The notes under the pieces are model-generated. The model ran no database searches. It was not told the origin of the DNA and worked only from the letters and a program-made list of their open reading frames with translations. The translations under genes and the position numbers were made by a program. Positions 22,751 through 36,148 of a stretch of DNA of 64,000 nucleotides are shown piece after piece (within the stretch, counting starts at the first letter, position 1; each line of letters begins with the position of its first letter). This stretch comes from Cladosporium halotolerans (lineage: Eukaryota): positions 496,001 to 560,000 of the forward strand of contig NW_027191458.1 of assembly GCF_011745625.1 (NCBI RefSeq), in the 5' to 3' direction.

Positions 22751-25657
22751 ATGCCGCCCCGCCGACTGGCCGCATCGTACACCGAGTCGCCGTTAACTGA
22801 TACTGGAGGCACATCTGGTCTGTTCAATCCCGCAGATCTCCTCAGTCGCGCCGCAACCTCTCGACCGCTGACCGCCCAGCGCATCAGCAAATCGAACCTA
22901 ATTGGGTCAACGTCAAACCCACTCTATACGACCGCAGATTATGCGACTGGAACGTCACATCCTCGAACTGAGCGTCGCAGCACAGGAAGACCAAGCACAG
23001 CAAGGCCTCGAACTGGTTTGTCAACCTTGGGCGTGGAGAACCAAGAGATCATTTGTGCCATCAGCGAGTCTCGCGGAGTCTCACCGGTAGTCGGTTTATC
23101 CTTCGTTAATCTTGACACTGGTGAAGCAATTCTCTGTCAGATCAATGACAGCCAGACCTATGTGCGCACCATTCACAAGCTCATGGTCTTCAATCCAACT
23201 ATGATCCTCATCGTGTCGTCGGCGTCAGATCCAAAGTCAAAGCTATTTTCGATCGTCGAAGACAGCCTTGAAGAACTTGACAGCGATGTGAGGCTTCTCG
23301 ATCGCAGGTATTGGGCCGAAACCGTGGGGCTAGAGTACATCCAGCACCTGGCATTCGCTGAGGACGTGGAAGCAATCAAGACAGCAGTCAGTGGGAACTA
23401 TTACGCTGTGTGTTGCTTTGCTGCGGTCAGTTTGTCGTCGAGCTGATACTTCATAGCAACTGCTGACGCGTTATAGGTCTTGAAATATGTCGAACTGGCA
23501 TTGTCGAAGACTTTTCCTTCAAGATCTCTTCGCATCAAGTATGAACCATCAGAAGGCTCAATGATGGCTGACCTGTCGACCATTCGCTCGCTTGAGCTGG
23601 TCCAGAATCTGACAAATGCGAAGTCCAAAGATTGCTTGTTTGGACTACTGAATGCTACTCACACCCCGATGGGCGGACGCTTACTCCGGAGTAATATCTT
23701 GCAGCCGTTGACAAGTCAGGAGACCATCAGTACGCGTTATGATGCTCTGGAGGAGTTGAGCACGAAGGAGGAGATGTTCTTCGCCGTTCGGCAGGCACTC
23801 AAGCCGTTCCTGGACGTTGACAGAACCTTGACTCAGCTCATCCTGATCAGGACTCAGCCTTCTCTGAAAGACACTGAGCAAGCTGTCAATAATGTCATCA
23901 TGCTCAAGCAATTCATCACGCTCATTCGGCCCGTATTCGAGGCTTTGACCGGAGCGAGATCGACGATGCTGCAAGAGATACGCAATCTCTGCTCCGTCGA
24001 GAACATTGACCCTGTGCAAGCATTGATCGGCGAGACTCTCAACGAGGACATCACATACGCCAGCCAGCCGCTTGATCTTCGCAACCAGCGTACATACGCC
24101 GTGCGTTCTGGCGTCAACGGTCTGCTCGATGTTGCGAGACAGACGTACAAAGAAGCAATGACAGACGCACTGCAGCATATCACCGACATGGCAGATGAGC
24201 ACAATCTACCGCTACAAACAAAGTTCGACAACGCACGCCAATTCTACCTGCGACTGCGCGCTGAGGAGCTCCAAACGCGAGATCTCCCAGCTGTTTTCAT
24301 CAACGTTTTCCGCAAGAGGGACAACATCGAGTGCCAAACGCTGGATCTGCTCAAGCGGAACCAGAAGATCTCTGATGCTCACACCGAAGTCATCCTGATG
24401 AGTGACAAAGCAGTGCAGACACTTATAGCCGACGTTCGCCAGCACATGGGATCGCTCTTTCGTATATGCGAAGGCGTCGCTATGCTAGACATGCTTGCAT
24501 CCTTCGCCCATCTCGTCACCACGCAAGACTACGTTCGCCCGCAGCTTTCTGACACTCTCGCCATCAAAGCAGGCCGCCATCCCATCCGTGAGAAGATTCA
24601 AGAGACGACATATATCCCAAACGACGTTTACGCAACTCAGCAAAAGCGCTTCCAAATCATCACCGGCTGCAATATGAGCGGCAAAAGCACTTACATTCGC
24701 TCCGTCGCCCTCATGCAAGTCATGGCGCAGATCGGGAGTTTCGTCCCAGCCCAATTTGCTTCCTTCCCCATAATTCGCCAGCTCTTCGCTCGCGTCTCTC
24801 TCGACGATAGCATCGAAGCAAACGTATCCACCTTCGCAGCCGAGATGCGTGAAGCAGCTTTCATCCTACGTAACGTCGATAGCCAAAGTATGGTGATCGT
24901 CGACGAGCTCGGCCGCGGCACCAGCACCCGCGACGGACTCGCCATCGCCATAGCCATAGCTGAAGCGCTGGTCGAGAGCAGAGCCCTTGTCTGGTTCGCA
25001 ACGCACTTCCGCGACCTAGCCGCAATCCTCGCTGAGCGCAATGGTGTTGTCAATTTGCACCTCGCCGTCGACAACACCGCTCCCGACAAGATGGAGATGC
25101 TGTATCGAGTCTCCTCGGGGAGTGTTCAAGACGAGCACTATGGGCTGAAGCTCGCGCGCGTCATGCCTTTCCCGCCAGACGTGATCGAGCACGCCGAGCT
25201 CGTCTCCGCCACGCTCGACAGCGCGATGCGCAAGAAGAAGAGCAAAGGTGCATCGCTTGCTATTGTCATTGCGCGCAAGAGAAGGCTTTTCCTGAACTTG
25301 AAGGAGCATCTTGTGCAAGCCAAGAACGGATCCATGGAAGACGAGGACTTGAAAGAGTGGCTCAAAGACTTGCAGCGTGAGTTTCGAACTCACTTGACTG
25401 CATTGGAGGAAGAGGAGCGGTCTCTGCGAGCTCAAGGTGCTCCTGTCGGTCATCGAATGGAGCACGAACATGACGCCACAGCAGCTGATTACACTGTCAA
25501 TGCGAGTATACAGCCATTGACCGAGTACAACGTCTCTCAAGCGACTCAGACGACGGCCAAACATCGCAACAGCGACGACGATATCCTCACCATTCAGCGT
25601 GGTGATCTTAGCACTAGGGCTGCGTCCACGGCAATCAGCTCGCGTGATAACTACTGA
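22751..25657 (+). CDS. MSH4: Meiotic MutS homologue 4; intron 23426-23476
   Basis: CAISESRG...CQINDSQTYVRTIHKL; TIRSLELVQN; VRSGVNGLLDVARQTY; Walker A ITGCNMSGKST; STFAAEMRE; DELGRGTST; ATHF. No MutS-I mismatch-binding domain. Confidence 0.93.
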
Positions 25658-26040
25658 TGACCCGGATTGGACGCTTCGCGAATGCTGTTACCAACTAATG
25701 GCGATGCAACAAGACTTAGCTGAGCGTGATGAAAAGGACATGCTGGTATTTCTCAATCTTCTGTAGCTGGTACTCAACGATGGTCAATGACACTGAAAAC
25801 ACTAATAAATCCGCCCTGTACCTTTCCCTGTCCCATCCGACCTAACCAAGATCATCCTGGCCATGACCATTACCATTACAACCCTTCCCAGATTCCTCCC
25901 GAAATCAACAGACAAACAATGGATATCTTCGTTAGCCAAAAGAACCCGTCGACGTCGTGAACATATAAAATTATCATCCGCCGCCACACAGAAAGCAAAA
26001 AGCTCAGAAACCAAAAACCAAGTCAACAAACGGCCCTCAC

Positions 26041-29000
26041 CTAAACCTCCTCATGAAACTTCGTCTCCCTAGCCGGGCTCGCACTCTTCACCTGCCCGCC
26101 GAAACTCGGCCTCGGCGCCAGGCCCTCATCGAAATGGTCGCGGGCCTCCTCGAATTGGTCGCTGCCCTCCTCGTCGCTCTTGACGCCCTTCGTCGGGCTA
26201 ACGTCCTCGTTCTCAGCCTCAGTCGCCTTCTCCTTGCCCTTGCCGCCCTTCTTCAGGCCTAGAGCGCGCGCCATGCGGCCCGTGCGGCCTTCTTGCAGGT
26301 CGTCTTCTTCGAGACCGGACGACGAGAGGGAGGAGACATCGCCGAGGTCTGTGGAGGATTTGGCGGCGGCGTCGGGGTCGGCATCGTCGGAGGAGACGGC
26401 GCGGTGGCGGGTGAAGCTGGAGGGAGAGGCGGGGCGGGGATCGGAGGCGGTGGGGAGCGCGGCGGGCGCGGCGGCTGCGGTTGTGGTGGTGGGGCTGGTG
26501 GCCTCTTTCTCGGCGCTGCGCTCACCCTTGGAGGATTGGCGGTTGCGGAGCTTGGTGAAGAAGCCGCGGATGCGCTTGCTGTCTTTCTCCTTCTCCTTCT
26601 CGACGTCTGGGCGCGAGGAGGCGGTGCTCTCGCGGGGTTCTTCGACCGACTTGGTGCCGGTCGTGGAAGCGGTGGCGGGAGCGGCGACGACGGGGGCGAC
26701 GACGGCGGGTTCCTCGATGGACTCCTTGGCTACAACGGGCTCATCGTCTTTGACAGCAGCATCCTTGTCTTCTTTATCCTTGGAGCCGCCGGAGAGGAAG
26801 CCGAGCGCGCCCTTACGCTTCTTCTCGCGCTTGCGCTCACGATCTTCTTCGTTGTCGGACTCGGACTCGCTGCTGGTCTCGATGTTCGTGATGTGGCGCT
26901 CGAGGTCAGGCTTGTTCAGCTTGGAGCCACCGGTGTTCACGGGAGACAGCGGCGCGCCGACAACTTCATTGTTATCAGCGCTGGCACGGTTGGGCTCGGT
27001 AGACTCGACGCTCTTTTTGCCCTCCTCTCCGTCAGTGCCGGTGGCGACGGCGCCAGCAGCGGTGCCAGCAGCGACGCCGTCGGCCTCTTCTTTGCTGACG
27101 TTACGGCTCTTTCTCTTGGAAGCAAGTCGCGACAGGAAAGACTTGCGCTCAGGCTTGCCGTCTGCCTCCATCGACTTGCGCTTCTCTTCCTGCGCCTCGG
27201 CGTTCTTGCGAGCCTTCTCCTCCTTTTCGGCCGCCTTGCGCTCGTTCTCAGCAGCCTTGCGCTCGTCTTTCTCCTTCTTGGCGACGGCCTTTTCTTCTTC
27301 TGCGCGGTTGTTAGCCGAGTGTATGTATATTCGATGCTTAATGAACAAGACTCACGCTTAGCCTGCTTCGCCTCCTCCTTCTCCGCCTTCTGCTTCTCCT
27401 TCTCCGAACGCTTCTGGCGCTCCTGCTCCTCCCTGTCCAGCCTCAACTCCTCATCCCTCGCCCTCTTCTTCTCAGCAGTATCGTTGATCTGATCCAGCGT
27501 CGGCTGCAGCCTGCTCTGAGCAATGGCCTCGATCTCCGCCTGATCCATGAACTTGTCACCGCCGACGTGCAGCTTGCCTTGGTTCTGGCCGCGCGCCTTG
27601 GCCTCCTCCTCGGCCTTCTTGCGCGCCTTGGCGGCCCACTCGTCCATCTTGGCCTGCGAGACCTTGCCGGTCGTCTGGAAGACGCGCTCGTCCATGTTGT
27701 CCATGGACTGGTGCACGTTGCGCTGGGCGGCGGCGAGGAGGGCCTTGCGGTCGGCTTCTTTCTTTTTGGCGTCGACATCCGCGACGGCGGTGTTGAAGTG
27801 AGACATCTGGCGGCGCACGCGGCGCGCGCGCTCCTCGTCGTCCGAAGAGTCGTCGTAGTTGTTCTGAGGCTGCTCGCTGGAGGCGCGTTGGCGCGGACGT
27901 CCGCGCATGGAGAGGCGAGAGCGGTGTGGCTCGGCGTCGTAGCCGTAATGCTCGCGGTACTTCATGTGCTCGAGGCCCTTGTCGACCTTGGCAAGGCGTT
28001 CCTGAGCCAGCTTTTGCGCGGCGTCTTGCAGGTGGATGTATCGCAGCGCCTCCTGCTTGAGATCCGGCTGTGATTGGGAGCTAGGAGCGCGTTTCTGCGC
28101 TGCCGATGCGCCAGCTTCGCCGGAAGGATCGGACTCGAGGACTGTGCGGTTCTGGTACTCGTACATCTGCTTCGCCATCGAGACGGCAGACGCGCGAAGA
28201 GCGGCCTTTTGCCTCTGCTCCTCAAGCTCGATCTCAACTGGGGGACGCTCACCCCACATCTCAGGAGCGACGTTCTTGCCGATGTTGTGGACGCGAGCTG
28301 CGCGCATTGCTGCATCGCTGTACTCTGGCTCTTCGACCTTGGCCGGCGATGGGGGTGCCCTGACGGAGCTGCGGTGGACAACGGTCGCCGCATTGAGAGC
28401 ATTCTTCGCGGAGTTGGACTGATCCGGGTAGAGCTCTGGACCAGGCGACGGTGTCATGCCCGCGCGGTCCCGGGTATCTTTTTGCGATTTGGTCGCAGCG
28501 AGGAGAGCGTTACTCTTACCCTGCGCCGTATATCCGCGGTCAAGCTGAGGGCTCAAACCCTTATTGCGCATCGCCAGAGTCGCTGCGGAATTTCCGTCTT
28601 TGCTTGCGGTAGGCTGCCACAGATCAAGCTTGCCGCCATCCCTATGGGCGAGCAGAGCTGCTCGTGAGCCGGCGGAGCTGGTGCCGTCAGGCTTCCACAT
28701 CTCCTTCCCCTTGTAGTCCTTGGCAAGCACGGCAGCAGCACCTGCGGAGCTTGTGGAAATACCAACGCTAGGGAAACTGGGCAGATCCTGTGGTTTGGCG
28801 TATTTGAGCGAAGCCGCGGCACCTGGGGATCAAAAGTCAGCAATGCCGCATTATTCCTGATGCGATCGTGCGACCCACCTTTGGAAGAGAGCTTGCCGTC
28901 CTTGTCGAGAACATCTTCCTTCGCAACAGCAGGGCGACCAGATTTGGAGTTGGGATTGGTCACATAGAGGGCGGCGGTGGATGCCTGCTCGGAGAGCTTG

Positions 29001-29065
29001 TTGTGTTTGTCGTGCATGGACGGGTCCGGACACGGTGTGTCGGTGGTGGCCTTGTCGACGGCCAT
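26041..29065 (-). CDS. Eisosome protein Eis1-like; exons 29065-28879, 28822-27356, 27299-26041
   Basis: AAASLKY, DGNSAATLA, HLQDAAQKLAQERL, LLAAAQRNV...MDERVF, IAQSRLQPTLDQI, followed by a long charged coiled-coil tail ending KFHEEV. Confidence 0.8.
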
Positions 29066-29763
29066 TGTGTTGTCGCGCGGCCGTGCGAGGTTGTGGTCGA
29101 ATGGGCGGTGTTAGTACCTTGTCAAGTCGCAGAGAGGCTTCTGAGACGATTCGACCCGATATATGGGAAATAGAAGTGGGACGGGGGAGATCAGACGGGC
29201 GCGCGGGCTGGACAAACGAGGGCGAGTGTGGGTTTGGCAGCACAGACGATGATGGTCGTCCGGTCGAGGCGAGAGTTCGCATGGTGTATCCGCCTGACGT
29301 CATGCGGCACTGAGATCAGCGGCGCGGCGGCGAAGTCAAGGGACGGCACGACATCAACAAAAGCACGGCCTGGGCACGGCAGGAGTCTGTGCGGACATGT
29401 GTAATTATGCATATTCGTTGCACAGGAAGGACAATGCCAAGTTTACGAAATAGTACAGCAATAGAACGATAAACACATGCGCCAACACCGCCGTATTCAC
29501 GGCAACAGACACAGCGTGACACTTCACTCCAATATTGATCGGCAGCGCCAAACAGATCGGCGCAAGGTTGGCACAGTCCATTTGTGTTTCCCAGTTTATT
29601 GCTCAAGTGATGCTTCAGGTGTGATCCAGACCATGGACCATAGCTGACAGGCAGCACATGTGTTTACGACAACGTCAATTGTCTAAGATACCGCAACCAC
29701 CTTTCAGACAGCCGAGCATCTCATCACTTGACCCGATTTGACACCAACCCTCAGCCACCGACC

Positions 29764-30651
29764 ATGAACGAAAAACAACCCGAACCCAAAATCTCCAACT
29801 TCCGCGACGTCGCCCTCTCAGTAAACGCACCCCCCAGCGGCACCAAGGGAACCCGCCTCAAACCCTGCCTCCTCTACCGCTCCGCCCTCCCCTCCCCCTC
29901 CGCCCTCGCCCACCTCACGCAAACCCACTCGATAAAAACAATCATCGACCTCCGCACCACCACCGAAATCCTCGAACAGCAACAACAACCCAACCCACCC
30001 TCAAACCAGACCTCGGAATCATCCCCCAAACCAACAACCCACCCCATCTCCCTCACCTCCCCAGCCTACACCCTCTCCCTCCTCTCCCACCTCACCTGGC
30101 CCCAACTCCTCCGCCTCGCCTACCTCTACGCCTTCGCGCCCCGCCCCGCCGCCGTCTCCCTCCTCGCAACCCACGTGCTCGCGCCCCGCGGCCTCGCCGG
30201 CCTCGCAATCGACACCCTGACCTACTCCGCCGCCGAAATTGCGCGCGTCCTGACCCTCCTCTCCGACCCGGCCTCCTACCCGGTGCTCGTGCACTGCACG
30301 CAGGGCAAAGACCGGACGGGCTTGGTCTGCTTGCTGGTCTGTCTGCTGTGTGGGGTCGGGGTGGAGGGTTTGGAAGCGGATTATTGGAGGAGTGACGAGG
30401 AGTTGGCGGGGGAGAGGGAGGAGAGGGAGCGGGAGGTGGGCAGGATTGGGTTGCCGGGGGCGTGGGCGGGGTGTGAGGGGGGTTGGGTTGGGAGGGTCAG
30501 GGAGTGGTTGGAGGGGGAGTGGGGGGGTGTGGAGGGGTATTTGGAGGGGGCTTGTGGGTTGGAAGGGGAGGTGGTGGAGGGGGTTAGGAGGGTGTTGGTT
30601 GAGGGGTGGACGGGTGGTGAGGTGGAGGGTGATGATGGGTTTGGAGAATGA
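29764..30651 (+). CDS. Tyrosine/serine phosphatase (IphP / Y_phosphatase3 type)
   Basis: NFRDV, LYRSA, IIDLRT, catalytic HCTQGKDRTG, DYWRS. Confidence 0.88.
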   Translation: MNEKQPEPKISNFRDVALSVNAPPSGTKGTRLKPCLLYRSALPSPSALAHLTQTHSIKTIIDLRTTTEILEQQQQPNPPSNQTSESSPKPTTHPISLTSPAYTLSLLSHLTWPQLLRLAYLYAFAPRPAAVSLLATHVLAPRGLAGLAIDTLTYSAAEIARVLTLLSDPASYPVLVHCTQGKDRTGLVCLLVCLLCGVGVEGLEADYWRSDEELAGEREEREREVGRIGLPGAWAGCEGGWVGRVREWLEGEWGGVEGYLEGACGLEGEVVEGVRRVLVEGWTGGEVEGDDGFGE

Positions 30652-31057
30652 GCGGGTTGTCGTGTCGGGAAAGTGCTTAGAGGGAGCCTGTAGCTCTTTC
30701 GTACAGAAGACATGACAATTCGAAGGTCGAGCGTAGGATAACGAAATGGGATAAGACATTGGTTCTTTTGTAAAGGTTTCTTCAGCTATCTGGGAATTTT
30801 GCCGACGCTTTCGCGGATATAAGAAACAACAAATTACAGCAAAAGAACCCGGCGAGCGCCCAAACAAAGACATTTTCCCAGCGCCGGTCCAAACGATGAA
30901 AATGCCCCAGTACAAAGGCGGGCGAAGATGACTTTTCCGTCCATCGCTCTATCTCATCACGTCACGTCAAGCAAAACATTCTTTTCTTCCTCGTTCTTTT
31001 ACACTTTTCGTCGCCGGTCCACGGCGAGCCGAATCGTAGCGTGGACTATGCGCCGCT

Positions 31058-32634
<1,577 letters not shown>

Positions 32635-32758
32635 TTTGGCCGTCTGTGTGTGATGTTCGAGAGGGAAAAAGGCGGTCGTGTGATCAGAGAGAAGTTGTGG
32701 GGACAGGGTGCGGTGGGGGTTTATATGGCGGAAGGTAAAAGTAGTATGACTGCGGCAA

Positions 32759-32765
32759 TGAGTCA
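32759..32765. promoter_or_regulatory. Gcn4/CpcA response element TGAGTCA upstream of homocitrate synthase
   Basis: Perfect TGA(G/C)TCA about 125 nt upstream of the ATG at 32634; an additional TGACTC at 33087-33092. Confidence 0.6.
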
Positions 32766-33810
32766 ATTGGAGTCGAGGCGGAAGTAAGGATAAGATCAAT
32801 GGCAAGAGAGGCAGGCAAAGCTCTGTGCGCGGCAGAGGCGGCTTGTGTGAGGTCGCTCGTCTCGGCCTCGCTCGCTGGCTGTGACGTGCCGCGCTTTGGC
32901 TGGAAAAATTTGGGCGACTCTTGCCTGCGCGCTGATTGGACCCCCGCGTTTCTGCTGATGCGATCTCGGCCTCTGGCAACGCCTGCTCCGTTTATATGGC
33001 GTAGCCGCGTAGGTCGACTGCAGCAGCAGCTCGGGGTCGAGGATCGCATGGACAGCCGAATCGGTGCATTCCAGCTTCCTCCAGCATGACTCTGTTCATG
33101 GGGGTCTATAGCAGGCTGAGATCACGTGCACAGTGCATCGTCTACGTGACGAGGCACTACCCGAGGCATCCATGCGATCGCCCAGCGCCTTTCTCCATCG
33201 ACACCTCAGGCTTCCCATCATTGACGCGGCAATTGTCAGTCTATCCCAAATCGAGGAAAACAGTGCCGAGCACTATAAGTGCAGCCCTGACTCGACCGCT
33301 CCAGCGATGAGTAAGAAGGAAAAAGCAATAGAATACTTGGCAGTGCCTGCGGCCCCCCTCCGATGAATGTGTCTGGTCGGACATGCACCGCAAAGTCCAG
33401 AAGCCAGAATCCGTCGATTTTCTTTTCTCCGTGCCCTAAAGAGCAGGTTCGAATTCTGGTGAGGCTGTCCAAGGCATGCCAATGACCGAATGCCTTGATG
33501 TCATGGAGGCCCACGGTAGCCTTCCTGTCAGACAAACACCAGGGTTTGTATTGAACCCGCCTCGCAAACAGAGGCCATTGTATTCATTCCCAGCACACCA
33601 AGGTAGAACAATGCATTCACAGTCGAGCCGCAAGGTCGGCAAAACTCCGGAATTGGGCGCTCCGCGTCGCGCTTGCACCCAGCAGTCGCGTCCTCCGCCA
33701 TATAACGACGCGTGAGCTAGCTGCTAGGTAGCTACCTCGAATCGAGCAAACACACGTCCACCCAACAACGCTCTGCCGCATGTATATGTGACAATCCCCG
33801 CAATGCCACC

Positions 33811-35555
33811 ATGAACACCCACACAGACCTGCTCCGAGAGCAGGCTCGCGCAGCCTACAAGCGTGAAGACTACACCAAAGCCGTCGAGCTGTTCAGCCGA
33901 GCCATGGGCCGTTCTCCCACAGTTCCACTCCACGACGGCCGGGCAGCATGCTACGAAAAGCTGGATGACTTGCCTTCGGCGCTTAAGGACGCGAAGAAGT
34001 CCATTCAGCTTTCGGGCGAGGACCCGACTGGGTATGTACGAGCGGGAAAGGTTCTCGTGAAGATGGAGAGGAAGAGTGTGGCGCTCGAGATCTACGCTCT
34101 GGGGTTGAAGAAGGTCAAGCATGTCGGACTAGGCTTCGAGGTAAGATACCTTGCTTGTAGTGGTACGTGTGTGCGGGATACTAATCAGTCATTTAGCATT
34201 TGAAGAAAGTCCACAACAAGCTGATGACCGAGCTATCGCCCACCAAAAGCGTTGATCCACTCACCGTACTCCCACGCGAACTTGCCGAACAAGTCCTGGA
34301 ATACCTAAGCTTCCGACAGCTGATCAACACATGCCGTGTGTCGAAGCAATGGGCCGAATTCATTCGACGAACACCAAACCTCTGGCGGCATCTTGATCTC
34401 ACGCATGCTAGACGGAAGGTAAGAAACGCTTTCGTCAGCCGTGCGATCAACATCGGTCGTCAGAGGCTTACCTCCGCAACGCTCAACAATCTTTTTGATG
34501 TTGACAAAGCGCTCATGGCACTGGTACGATATTGCCCTCTCGAAGAACTGCATCTGCGCAACACCGGTCTTATGTCGGCGGACAATTTTGTCAAAACACT
34601 TGAACCCTTGAAGAGATTGAGAACCCTCCGCATCGACCAGAAGGCTATGCTGGACCCTTCTTTGGTGTCGACGATCCTCAACAATTCTGCTGAGTCTATC
34701 GAGAGCGTTCAGTATGAGCTCACCGAGGTCTCATGGATGATATCTGGGTTGAGCTTTCCGCAAATCGAATATCCGAGACTGCAAAGGTTAGACTTCGTCT
34801 GGTCGATGAGCTGGCCTGGCTTCGACCGCTTGATGCAAAACCTTGACAAGATGCCAAATCTGCGACGCTTGAAACTGCATCAGTTTACAAGTGGCCACCT
34901 ACGAAACCACATGCCTCCCGTCCTTGACTTTCGTGGGCTGAAGCACCTGGAACATCTGGATCTCTTGCTGCCGATCCATGCTGCCGAGTCGCTGATGCTC
35001 CCGTCGAGCCTCAAATCTTTCGCCGTCGGCACAACATTGCCCCATGTGCCGGGATTCTTCGTTGACCCTGTGCGGCATGGAGGCCTGCGGTGGTACCTCC
35101 CACTGTTGGAAGAGCTGAAAATCGGGGTCGCTTTTGTCCCCTTCCACCATCTGGAACATGCACTCAACAACCCTGGCCACAGCAAGCCCGCCTCGATCCG
35201 CACGCTCTCCATGGCGCGAAGCACCGTGACCGAGTCCTTAATTGAGCAAGCACTCTCGCACCCACGCCTTGTGGACCTCGAGGACTTAAGCCTCGAGGCG
35301 TGCCACGACGTGACGGACCGCTGCCTCGAGATCGTGACTTCCACTCTGCCGAGCCTGCGGGCGCTGAATATCAGCAGGACAGAGGTTACTGGTGCTGGGA
35401 TCAAGATGGTCGTCAATAACGGCCTCAAAAAGCTTGTAGCCAACGACTGCCGGTTCATCGGGTTGGATGCCATTCATTGGGCACGCGCGCAGGGTGTGCA
35501 GGTCGAGCATAGGAATGCGGATACTATGACGGGGGGCAAGAAGGTGCGGTATTGA
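33811..35555 (+). CDS. TPR + F-box + LRR protein (Pof3/Dia2-like SCF substrate adaptor); intron 34141-34196
   Basis: TPR helices (YTKAVELFSRA, DGRAACYEKL, GYVRAGKVL); F-box DPLTVLPRELAEQVLEYL...VSKQW; LRRs; C-terminal GGKKVRY. Confidence 0.88.
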
Positions 35556-36148
35556 GGGGTTGTGTATTCTAATGACCAAGGCATGTAATACCTACGAATT
35601 GACGAACAATTATCATGTTGCATGACGCTTGTGACCTCGACGTCAACAACTCTTGCAGACTCCATTCGAAGTGTTGTCCGTTCCCTACCTTTCACATAAG
35701 CATCTCACTGTCATCCAACGCTTACCCGTCGATACCCCACCCAACGTGAAGAAGTGAACGAAACAGAATCGGTAACAGTCATTTTGAAATCTTTTTGAAG
35801 AGGTATCTGATATCTACTCTAATCCTCCGCCCAACCCCCACAGCCACCGAGAGTAGGAAAACCTCACTCAAAGACCCAATTCCCCAACAACGATATGGCC
35901 TGAGAGCTGCACTAGATCAAGGCCCGACCAACCCCATCCCAAATCATATATCGTCTAAGCCTGCCAGAGGAGCTTCCGTCGAAAAGTAAAAGAACAAAAA
36001 CCGAACCTGGTGGGTATAACGCTCCAGAGCGCAGGCGGACCAGGAAAGAACGCCGAAAAAGGAAAAGAGAGAGACAAGGGCAAAAAAACGCCACCAGAGC
36101 GCCAGCCGCTATGCAGAAAGAAAGGGGAAAAAAAGGAAACAACATCCA

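Noticed and set aside
26180..27492. Long + strand ORFs (393 and 399 aa) opposite the eisosome gene
   Set aside because: Antisense shadows of a GC3-rich, low-complexity CDS; no domain features.
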